Assembly (NCBI GenBank): GCA_043228905.1
Contig: JBHGNT010000014.1
Span: 8,432,001-8,496,000 of the forward strand
Length of the DNA stretch: 64,000 nt
Direction: 5' to 3'
From: Azolla caroliniana
Lineage: Eukaryota; Plantae; Polypodiophyta
Under the pieces are notes generated by a model. That model saw only the letters and a program-made list of their open reading frames with translations, was not told the origin of the DNA and searched no databases. Below, piece by piece: positions 38,464 to 49,400 of the stretch. Every line of letters starts with the position of its first letter. Position 1 is the stretch's first letter. A program made the position numbers and the translations under genes.

Positions 38464-40476
38464 TCGGCATGATCATCCTCCACAAATTCCAGTGGGAGGA
38501 GCCGACAGTTGAAGACAGAGAGCAGCTGACTGATTGGATAAGAGCCGATGGTTGAGGAGTCGACTCAGAGAGAGTTGATCGAGGTCGAAGACACGACTAG
38601 CTAGTCGGGCCGACTAGATGGTCGATGGCCAGGCCAACTAGTCGGACTGACCCGACAACCGACGAATGAGTCGGCTGATTAGTAAGACTATTATTATTAT
38701 TATTGGATAATAATAATGGATATGATTGTAAATAGCCCATTCTGTGTATTAGTATAAATACACCAAGGGAAAACAGAACATGGAGATATATGTTGGGAAA
38801 TCGGTCCCTCCGGATGGGATCTAATGATGAATGAAGAGGACCCGGTGAGAACCGAAAGAGATCCGGAAACTAGAGGAGACATGGTGAGAACCGGAAGAGA
38901 AGACATATCTGTAAATATGTTTTGAATAAGCCTATGGAGCCTATATTTGTAAATAGCCCTAAGTTCATATAAGTATAAATATGACTTAGGGCAATCACTA
39001 TAGTGGTTATTGTCATATTGTTGTAACTATTGTACAGTAAGCGAGCGAGAGAGAGAGAGAGTGTGTGTGTGTGTGAGTGAGATATAGACTGATACTCTGT
39101 TGTAACTGTCGGTTGGCGAAGATACAAAGCTCGAGGTCGTTGCCTCCGAGGCTCTGATTGTACCTTTCTCATATTGTGATAGTTTGGAGTTTGTGGGCTC
39201 CCGTGGTTTTTCCCTATTAGGGTTTTCCACGTAAACATCCTATGTATTTCCTTGTGTACTCTCCATTTCCCATTTTTGTGTTTCATTCTCTTTTGAAGTC
39301 ATTCAAGACTTGGTTGTGGCCGAGCTATATTCCGCGCCATTCTCAACAAACTGGTATCAGAGCGAACAACACAAGAAATGGAAGAATCGTTCGGCGGCAT
39401 GTTCAAGCTCACCGGTGTCATGAAGATTTTTGGCAATGGTGTGAAAATCAAATAAAACGTACAAAATCAACTGTCAATCATATAAAACAATAATAGTGAA
39501 TATACTAATTCTAAGTAAGTTTAATATCTTACTACAAAAGATGAAGATCTTGAAGAGATGCACTTTACTACATAAGAAACGGACATCTAAGTGTCAACTT
39601 ATGTGGGTAAGAAGTTGCGAAAGAAAAAGAGGAAATTGTGAAATATCTCACATAGACAGGACGAATAAGGCTCTCACCATATATAAGGTAGAGCAAAAGT
39701 TATTATCTTTGTGTCTATGTGTGGACCATAGAGAGTTCAAGGTAACTTGAACTAAGAGTGGAGGTGGCCTAGCCAGTCGTAAAGGTTTTGGCCAACCAAA
39801 ATGGAACTGGACGGTAACCGGTGATCGGCATCCGACTGAGCCGGCGAGGCGGCGGCGGAGCCGGTGATCCGGCAACCGGATAGATTTATAAATAAATAAA
39901 TAAATATATGTATACACATATACATATATATATACACAAGGGCAAGTGAGAACTCGAACCTTGCAAGTGAGTCAGTAGGCTTACCAGTAAGCCATGACAT
40001 TTAGTTGAATTTATATTCCTATCATTGTACTTTTACATATAAATTCTCATACATGAGAGCTAAAATGAGTGACATGGTTATCATGGACCACATGTAATAC
40101 ATGAGCGCCAAATGGCAAACATGCATTTTATGCATGTCTTGTACCCTCACATGCATCTTATGCATGAGAGCATCTATAAAAGAAGGGATGAAAAAGAAGA
40201 AGGGTTAGGCTATTTTGGTTATGAAATTAAGAAAAAGAAAATTCGTTATTGAATTGATCGTGTAACTTGTTTCTGAAATCTAAAGTCAAGAGTTCTTAAT
40301 CTCTCTCTCAATCTAAAATCAAGCGTTCTATCTTTTCTCAATCTCTCTCTCTTTCAATCTATCTTAATTCCTTTCTCTCTAAAGCTTGTCCCAACGTCGA
40401 ATCCTTCCGGTCCAAAACCCTGGCGGTTCCGCCTCACAATCCGTGCGCAATGATGAATCTTCACGACATAATTAAG

Positions 40477-40494
40477 TGGTGAACCCGACGTGAA
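40477..40494 (+). promoter_or_regulatory. PBS complementary to the 3' 18 nt of plant tRNA-Trp
   Basis: TGGTGAACCCGACGTGAA is the reverse complement of TTCACGTCGGGTTCACCA (tRNA-Trp 3' end as recalled, not looked up). Confidence 0.85.
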
Positions 40495-40595
40495 AGAGGC
40501 GGTAGGAAGGATCAAGCCGAGATTAATACTTGGAGATGGCGTCCTCAAGCAACCAAGTGGGAGAGCTTGAAAGGATGATGCTAATCTTCAAATAG

Positions 40596-41828
40596 ATGAT
40601 GAGATCTCGAGACAATGATACAAGCGTGGAGAAGGCCGTCGACCGTGTCGTAGAGCTCGAGGGTCAATTTGATGGAAGGAACGTTACAAAGCTCCTTGAT
40701 ACATATAGAAGGGAGATGAATCAGAGGGATGTGTCCGAAGCACGTCAAATTGCAAGCTTCAAGAGAGTTGTCGCCAATAACGTCCAAAGATGCGTCATCA
40801 AACTTCAAGAAGGTAAGACAACATGGTCCGAGTTCAAGAAAACGATACTAGCAGAGTTCGCGACTGAAGACTTAACAAGGATGACTCGATATGCCCTGAT
40901 GAAGTGGATAGAGAAGAAGAATAAGAAGCTGAGCGCCTCGAGGGTGTACGACGAATTCGACCAGATGTTTAGTCGTCTCCCCAACACGGACCAAGTGTTG
41001 CTTGAAGAGGACAAGACTTTGTACTTCTTGAAGACCGTGGACATGAAGGATAGACGGGAGTTGGGAACTCTTCTCAAAGACGATACCCAAGCAAATGGGC
41101 TTGTAGCGGACTGGATCGCGGTGAAGTGGGCATGCAGTAGGCTCGACAAGTGTCGCCAATGGGTTGATGACACCGACTTGACGGGATCGACTACCACGGA
41201 GAAAGCAAGACCACCGAAAGTAGCTGAGCCGCCAAGACAAAGTAATGCGGAAGAAAAGAAGATTGATGACGAAATCAACGAAGAACTAGCGAAGAAGTTC
41301 GAGAAGGTGACGATAGCCAACATGAATCGTCGGGGCCCTAAAGGAAAAGAACCCTTTAGATGTGTGTGGTGCGATAGCATGGACCACATGAGAAGGGATT
41401 ATGCGAGCCTTCGAGAGGCGATCCGACAAAATATCGTATACACAGAGGACAACATGATCTGCTCGACTGAAACTCGAAGACCCCTACGGGTGAATTTCGG
41501 AAGAGGGGGAATGAAGAAATCTATGGAAGATGCCGATGCGACTCATGTGGATGCGATGCACTATGCTACGTCGGCCGGAATAAGAGTTGGGAAAGACAAG
41601 ACTGAAGTTGCTAGAGCGGGAGCAAAGTTTTGGACTTCCGTTCTCGAATATGAGAAGAAGGGAAAAGTCACTTCAAACGAAGTAGAGCTTGCGGATAGAA
41701 GTGTACAAAGTATAACCAGATGGTCGGAGCCGGTGGATGAAAACACCATACTCGCAGAGGTGATGTGCGACAACCACGAGGTGTTTATCGAAGAAAAGAG
41801 AAAAAGAATAGAAGAGCAAGGCCCATAA
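40596..41828 (+). pseudogene. gag: gag of element G
   Basis: 410-aa ORF homologous to gag of C (FDGRNVTKLL, RRPLRVNFGRGGMKK). Confidence 0.85.
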
Positions 41829-42168
41829 AAAAGACATGAAACAAGGAACGCGAAAAAGAAGGGCGATGCGGAGACGAGTCGACCTTTACAAACGGAGGAA
41901 CGAGAATCAAGCCGAAAACGGGAACCGAGCATACGACGTGAAGAAATGGTTCAATCCGTGAAGGTTGGTGTCGAAGACCCCGCTTGGAGAACAAGGACTA
42001 TGCCTACCTATAAGCTAAAGTCGAACATAGAGCAGGTGACGGACCTAAACAAGATTCTTGAAGAACGAGTTCTTGATAGCCACATGACTTTGTCCTTGAG
42101 GGAATTGCTTGGAATTACGAAGGAGTTCCATGACACGATCATGGACCTTGTAAAGAGAAAAAGACAAC

Positions 42169-44935
42169 AATCGGACGAGGAAGAAGAGCAACCGCAAAAA
42201 GCAAAAATGAATGCCATAACGATGGCAAGAGATGAAGTCGATGAAGATATGGTGGACCTCATTGGGCACGAGCGACAACGGAGACACCGGTGAAGATCGG
42301 GGAGAAGAAAGAGACCGTGGTACCTTTGATCGACCACGGCTCGGAGATCAACCTCATGTCAACCGACTTCTACAAAAAAGGAAGATGGCCAATCAATACA
42401 AACCACAGATGGAAGATTCGTGCAGCAACCAAGTCTACGGAGGACTTGTACGGAGCTTATCCCAATGTCGAAGTCACGATCGGGGATGTGGAGATGGATC
42501 AACACTTCTTCGTGCAAGAATCGGCGTCGCATCGTTTCCTCCTAGGGCAACCGTATATCACATCATCTCGGATGGAGACTAAAGTGTTCGATAATGGAGC
42601 AGCCTTCGCACGAATAAAGAGTCTTGACAACCAAAGATCGGTCCAATTCCTAACGATGCGATCCAATCATGAAAGGAATCGAGATAGTCTCGGAGGCGAA
42701 TCCTCAAATTTTTAGAGCGGACTATTGAAGCATGGGGCACAAATAGTCCGAGCAATCACAAGAACCCACAAGAAAGAAGAGTGCATGGATTGCGAGGAGA
42801 AACAACATGTGTCACACCTAGTGGCGCATGTAAGCTAGTACTACTCGACAAGAAGGACAAGCATTGGATACAAGAACTCGAGAAGATGTTGAAAGAAGAA
42901 AACATAATAGAAGAAGGAGAGTTCGTGACTCATATTATGGAAGAAGCCTCATTTAACGACACCATCGACGAAATCGAGGAAGTCGTGGACTTGAGCTATC
43001 TTCAAGATCATTACGTGATTTCGGTTAACTCTGTCAACATGTATGTTATCATCGATGAATACCGTCGTGGCATCTCGATGAAGGAAGCTGACATCAACAC
43101 GAAATATAAAACGGTGGATAAGAAGATCAAGCCAGTTGCGGTTCCGCTACCGGAAGATAGCTGGCAAAAGATGAAGGAGGTCACTAACGATCCAAGCTTA
43201 AGAGATCCGAAGACGATAGGTCATGTCTTCACCAAAGAGACGAAGGGGAAGGTATGAGTTGGAAAGGAGGATTTCCTTCTCCCTGAAGAGGAGCGAATGT
43301 TTCACGATATGCTTGAGAGACATGGGAAGGCTTTCGCATTCTTCCCACGAGAAATCGGATGTGGCGACCCAAAGGTTATAGAGCTGATGGTGATCTTCAC
43401 GGTGCCTCATGTGCCTTGGAATTTGAAACCAATACCGGTTCCGAGGGCACACCTTCCGAAGCTGATCGAGCTCTTAAAGGAGAAGGTGAGTATGGGAATT
43501 CTAGAACCGTCAAGTGCTCCTCATTCCAATAGGTGGTTCACGGTGCCCAAGAAGAATGGATCATTGTGATTCATCCAAGATCTTCAACCCGTCAACAAGG
43601 TGACAATTCGAAATGCCGGAATCGGTCTGAGCATGGACGAATTTGCCGAATCGGACGAGGAAGAAGAGAAGTCGCAAAAAGCAAAAACAAATGCCATAAC
43701 GATGGCAAGAGACGAAGCCGATGAAGATATGGTGGACAACCACTATACTCGACCTCATTGGGCACGAGCGACAACGTAGAGGCCGGTGAAGATCAGGGAG
43801 AAGAAAGAGACCGTGGTACCTTTGATCGACCATGGCTCGGAGATCAACCTCATGTCAACCGACTTCTACAAAAAAGGAAGATGGCCAATCAATACAAACC
43901 ACGGATGGAAGATTCGTGCGGCAACAAAGTCTACGGAGGACTTGTACGGAGCTTGTCCCAATGTCAAAGTCACGATCGGGGATGTGGAGATGGATCAACA
44001 CTTCTTCGTTGAAGAATCGGAGTCGCATCCTGTCATCCTAGAGCAATCGTATAATACATCATCTCGGATGGAGACCAAAGTGTTCGATAATGGAGCAGCC
44101 TTCGCACGAATAAAGAGTCTTGACAACCAAAGATTGGTCCAATTCCTAACGGTGCGATCCAATCATGAAAGGAATCGAGATAGTCTCGGAGGCGAATCCT
44201 CAAATTTTTAGAGCGGACTATTGAAGCATGGGGCATAAATAGTCCGAGTAATCACAAGACCCCACAAGAAAGAAGAGTGCGTGGATTGCGAGGAGAAACA
44301 ACATGTGTCACACCTAGTGGCGCATGTAAACTAGTACTACCCGACAAGAAGGACAAGCGTCGGATACAAGAATTCGAGAAGATGTTGAAAGAAGAAAACA
44401 TCATAGAAGAAGGAGAGTTCGTGACTCATATTATGGAAGAAGCCTCATTTAACGACACCATCGGCGAAATCGAGGAAGTCGTGGACTTGAGCTATCTTCA
44501 CTATCATTACGTGATTTCGGTTAACTCTGTCAACATGTATGCTATCATCAATGAATACCGTCGTGGCATCTCGATGAAGGAAGCTGACATCAACACGAAA
44601 TATAAAACGGTGGATAAGAAGATCAAGCCAGTTGCAGTTCCACTATCGGAAGATAGCTGGCGAAAGATGAAGGAAGTTGCTAATGATCCAAGCTTAAGAG
44701 ATCCAAAGACGATAGGTCATGTCTTCACCAAAGAGACGAAGGGGAAGGTACGAGTTGGAAATGAGGATTTCCTTCTCCCTGAAGAGGAGCGAATGTTTCG
44801 CGATATGGTTGAGAGACTGGGAAGGATTTCGCATTCTTCCCACGAGAAATCGGATGTGCCGACCCGAAGGTTATAGAGCCGATGGTATTCTTCACGGTGC
44901 CTCATGTGCCTTGGAATTTGAAACCGATGCCAGTC
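42169..44935 (+). repeat. ~1.48-kb tandem duplication of the protease / frameshift / RT-start block in G
   Basis: Units start at 42169 and 43649 (AATCGGACGAGGAAGAAGAG). Two near-identical 141-aa protease ORFs. Confidence 0.93.
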
Positions 44936-46405
44936 CATCTACTCCATTGGTGATCTGTACTCTGGATATGACTAATTCCAATTGGCGATCGACAGTCGGG
45001 ACATTGCAACCATGAGGACTCCGATCGGGCTTGTGCGGATGTGTGCCTTACCCCAAGGCGCAACGAACTCGGTGGGTCATACGATGAATGCCATGAATAA
45101 AGTCTTGAAGGATTGCATCCCGGACATCACGATGCCATTCTTGGAACATATTTCAATAAAAGGATGTTTGGATGAGGAGAAAGATGAATCAAAAGATAAG
45201 GAAGGTTGTAAAAAGTTCGTTGCGGATCATATGAAAGATTGCAAGAAGGTGCTTCAAAGGCTCGAAGATGCGAATTTGACATTTTCGGGAGAAAAATCGG
45301 CATTCGGGCAACCAGAGATCTTGGTGGTAGGTCACTTGTGTGGGGCATACGTTTGGAAGCCTTCGCCATACAAAGTGAACGCGATCCAAGACATGAAAGA
45401 AGAATGCGAAAACCAAATGGAGGTTAGAAGGTTCCTTGGAGCATGCACATTTTATCATATCTGGATTCCACACTACGCTCATGTCGCCGAACCGTTATAT
45501 GGACTACTAAAGAAAAGAATGAAGTTCGAATGGCGAGACGAGCACACTAATGCGATGCGAAGATTGAAGAAACTGCTTCTTGAAGCTCCGGCACTAAGGA
45601 AGGCCAACTATGCCGAAGGGAAGCCGATTTACGTGATTGTAGATACGAGCCCAACTGGAATCGGGTGGGTCATCAATCAAGAAGGAGAAGATAATGCAAG
45701 ATTTGTCGTCCGGTTCGGAGCCCTAGCAAGGGAAAAATCAAGCTTGCTAGATGAAGAAGCTCACCAGAAGGACTGGGAGTCCGGAACTGATCCAAAGACC
45801 TTGATCACGAAAGATGACCACAACCAGGGAAGAGGCCGGTATCGGAGTCCCCAAAACAGGGTCAAATCGGGGACGAGGTCAAAGTCAAGAGGGAGGCCCA
45901 CGTGCTTCTATTGTGGGAAGCCGGGACACTTCCAGAACAACTGTCGGCATTTCGGAAAGAGAAGGAAACTGGCACCACCGATTCGAAGAATAGTTCGGAC
46001 CTAAGAGGCCAGAACGGAAAGGAACGTCGGCGATCGCGACAAGTGAAGAGGAACTGATGCTCATTGCCAAGGAGAATGAGTTAAACCTTGTCGGCGACGA
46101 GACAATGTGGGTTGTCGATTCCGGAGCGTCGTTCCACTTGACACCGGATCAGAAATCCTTCTCACTCTACACAGACGGTGATCATGGTTGTGTTTGGATG
46201 GGGAATGAAGGTACATGCTAAATTATCAGCATAAGAGATGTGTTGTTGACGACATCAACCGGATGCAAGTTGTTGTTGAAGGATGTTCGACACGTTCCAG
46301 AGGTTCGACTTAACCTGATATCAGCCGATCGGCTAGATGATGAAGGCTACACGGGTAGCATCAAGAACGAAGTTATGAAGTTCAGCATAGGGAGCCTAAT
46401 AGTGG

Positions 46406-49400
46406 TGTTGGGTGAGCAAAAGCTCAACCAGATTTAGATCGGCACATCTGGAAGGATGAGCCGGATCGGTATTCAGATGGTATCCAGAAACAACCGCCGG
46501 ATTGGGGAGACGCATCAGAGAGCCAGATTCGAGCGGGAACCGAAGGCCTAGTAGTAGCCTAGACTACGAGGTAATCATTGTATCGTAGTTAGTGTTAGTC
46601 ACACATAGGAACATTGAAGTACCTGTTAGTACTTCTGTTAGTCCTTTATGGACTTGTATAAATAGTATTGTTTAGCATGTTGTATGTACAGTGTTACAGA
46701 GTATTTTCATTCTTTTGAATCTATGCTTACGTTCTGCTCTCTCTGTATCTCCCACGTATACTCTTTGTATACTAAGCTTCTCCATTAAAGCTTCATCTTA
46801 TTCTCTGTTGCTATCCAGCTGAGCCGGTTCTCTCTAACGCTTCCGCACATTTACATTCACATGGTATCAGAGCGCGAGGGTTGAGAACCTTTGCAGCTGA
46901 CAGACGCTTTCGAAGACAAACCCCTATACCGGATAAGGATAGATAGAGAAAGATATGGAAAGAGGTATGGCGAGTTCACTTCCCAAAAAGAAGCTCAACC
47001 GGAGCAACTACGTGTCCTGGTCATATAAAATGCACCAGTACCTATTGGGGCATGGATATTGGAGCTTCGTGGAAGGAATGAATGAGGTAGCATCGGAGCT
47101 AGCACACAATGACTTCCCGGTTTCGGAGCAAGGAGCGAGCCGAGTATTGTACTGCCTTGCATCCTACATGCACAACCAGATGCTCGACTACATAAAGGAT
47201 GCAAAAACGCTGAATGAGGCTTGGGGAAATCTGAGGAAGATTTTTGCCACGAGTACGATAGTCCGTAAGTTGCAGCTCCGGCAAGAGCTGAACAACATCC
47301 GGCAAAGAGACATGTCGGTTACGAACTACACCACCAAGATAAAGGAGTTTTGCAATGCATTCGGGTCCATCAACGTGATGGTGGACGAAGACGAGATGGT
47401 ACAAATCTGCCTCAGTGGTCTAGCGCAAAGGTGCGGGCCAATCTGGACAACGATCTGCACCCGGGAGAAACCACTTTCTTTCTTCGACTTGCAATCGATG
47501 TTGATGGTCAAAGAAAACCACGCGAGTGGGTCAAGGACCACTCAATCGGATGGTTGGATGTTGTACACGGAGACAGATCGGCCCCATGGACGTGGTGGAT
47601 GAGGTGGGCCGGCAAGAGGAGGACTAGAGGCATAGAGGTGGAGTCAAAGCGGCACCAAGAACTGACAAGGAAAGGCCGACACGGAATGTTGGTACTGTGG
47701 AAAAAATGGCCACAAGGAAAGTGGGTGCTGGAAGAAGCGCACTGATTTAGAAAATTCCAGATCTGGAAAAACTGGTCGAGAGAACCGACAAAGCTCACAC
47801 TACGCGAAAGGATTGGAAGGATCCGGAACTGGGAAAACCGGTAAAGGGCCAACCTTCGTGATGAAGCACAAGGCTAACTCGATGAAGAAGACTACTTCCA
47901 AATCGGAGGAAGTATGGTACATTGATTCTGGAGTGTCCAACCACATGACAAGCCATGAAGAGTGGTTCTTCTTTTTGGAGAAGCTGGAACAACCGGGGAT
48001 TGTCGAAACCGGAGATGACACCCCTCACCCGATTGTGCATGTCGGAGAAGTCCCTTTAAGCCAAGTCGGACAAAAGGGGAAGCTGATGAACGTACTACAC
48101 GTTCCAACTATCACAAAGAACCTGGTGTTAGTTGGACAAATCGTCGACCAGGGGATGCATGTGCGGTTTACACACCTAGGGTGCTTCATCGAGGAAGAAG
48201 GCCGGATAATTGCGCAAGGGCGCAGAGAAGGGAGGATGTTCATCCTCAACACCAATGACGTTGTCACCACCATGTTTGCCAAAGGGCAGAAGGTCGAGTC
48301 GGACATCGACCTATGGCACAACCGGATCGACCACGTCAACTACCGGAGGTTTCAGAACCTGCAACCTGCAACCTGCAAATTTATTGGCTAGAAGGCCGAA
48401 ATTTGCGGAGCCTGCCAACTCGGGAAGCAACACCGGCTTCCATTCCCCACCAAATGAAACCGGAGTTATAACAAGATCGATCTAATACATTCGGATGTAT
48501 GGGGACCAGCACAGAATGTTAGTCTTGGTGGGAGTCGATACTTCGTCTCTTTCATCGACGACTACAGTCGGCACACGTGGATCTACCTCATCGAACGGAA
48601 GAGCAAAGTCTTCGAATGTTTCCGGAACTTGCAAAGCTTAGTTGAACGGGAAATGGAGAGGAAGGCCAACTGCTTGTGGTTGGATGGCAGGAAAGAATAC
48701 TTTTCCGGCCAATTCAACAGTTATCTGTAGCAGAACAGAATTCGGAGAGAATTCAGCTGTAGATACACGCCGAAGCAAAACGGTGTGGCCGAAAGGAAGA
48801 ACCAGTCGATTGTCGACGCGGCAAGGGCAATGCTGGAGGAGAAGAGCATGCCCCAATTCTACTTGGCTGAGGCGGACCGGACGACCGTCTACATCTAAAA
48901 CTGGATCGGAGACAAGGTGTCCTCACATGAGCTGGATTTCGGGCGGAAGCTGAATTGGAGACACCTTCGGATATTCGGTAGCATAGCATATGTGCATATA
49001 CCGGATGAGAAACGGAAGAAGCTAGATCCAAAGTTAGAGAAATGCATCCTAGTCAGCTACTCATATGAGCAGAAGGGGTATAAGTGCTATAACCCGCGGA
49101 CTAAGCAGGTCTGAGTAACCCGAGATGTCAAGTTTGATGAGATGGCATCATGGTATTCCTTACCGACTCCAACTCCCGACGAAGACTCGATTCCAGAAGA
49201 TGAGGCTAGTGAGCCTGAGGAGGTCCAACTAGAAGATGAAGACTTCGGCACTCTAGAAGAGAGCCCGATGTCATTCTGATTCAATGGACCAAATGAGCGG
49301 TTGAGTCGAGATGACCAGTCGAATGAAGAACCAGTGAGTAGTGGAGACTTTGTCGTGCTCTCCCTGCGCAAGGAACCGAGGAGACGGTTCACGCACAAAG

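Larger units (their letters stand above)
39416..45720 (+). mobile_element. Ty3/gypsy element G (relative of C), 3'-truncated, with an internal duplication
   Basis: LTR 39416-40468 (TGTCATGAAGATT...AATCTTCACGACA), PBS, gag (CVWCDSMDH), PR (LIDHGSEINLM) present twice, RT and RH. Confidence 0.92.
38495..46405 (+). mobile_element. Ty1/copia I (F/K family): composite LTR 38495-39348, PBS 39352-39363, gag start, interrupted by G, resumes 45721-46405
   Basis: TGGTATCAGAGC, then MEESFGGMFKLT, and later CFYCGKPGHFQNNC and WVVDSGASFH. Confidence 0.8.

Noticed and set aside
40805-41389. Long antisense ORFs opposite gag/pol (also 15062-15550, 20733-21308, 29756-30295)
   Set aside because: Shadow ORFs with no motifs, expected opposite coding sequence.
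44982-46004. Novel RT-RNaseH-zinc-knuckle fusion protein
   Set aside because: It is a deletion junction at ~45721 between gypsy G and copia I. An in-frame join occurs one time in three by chance, and the RT catalytic DD is mutated (FLEH).
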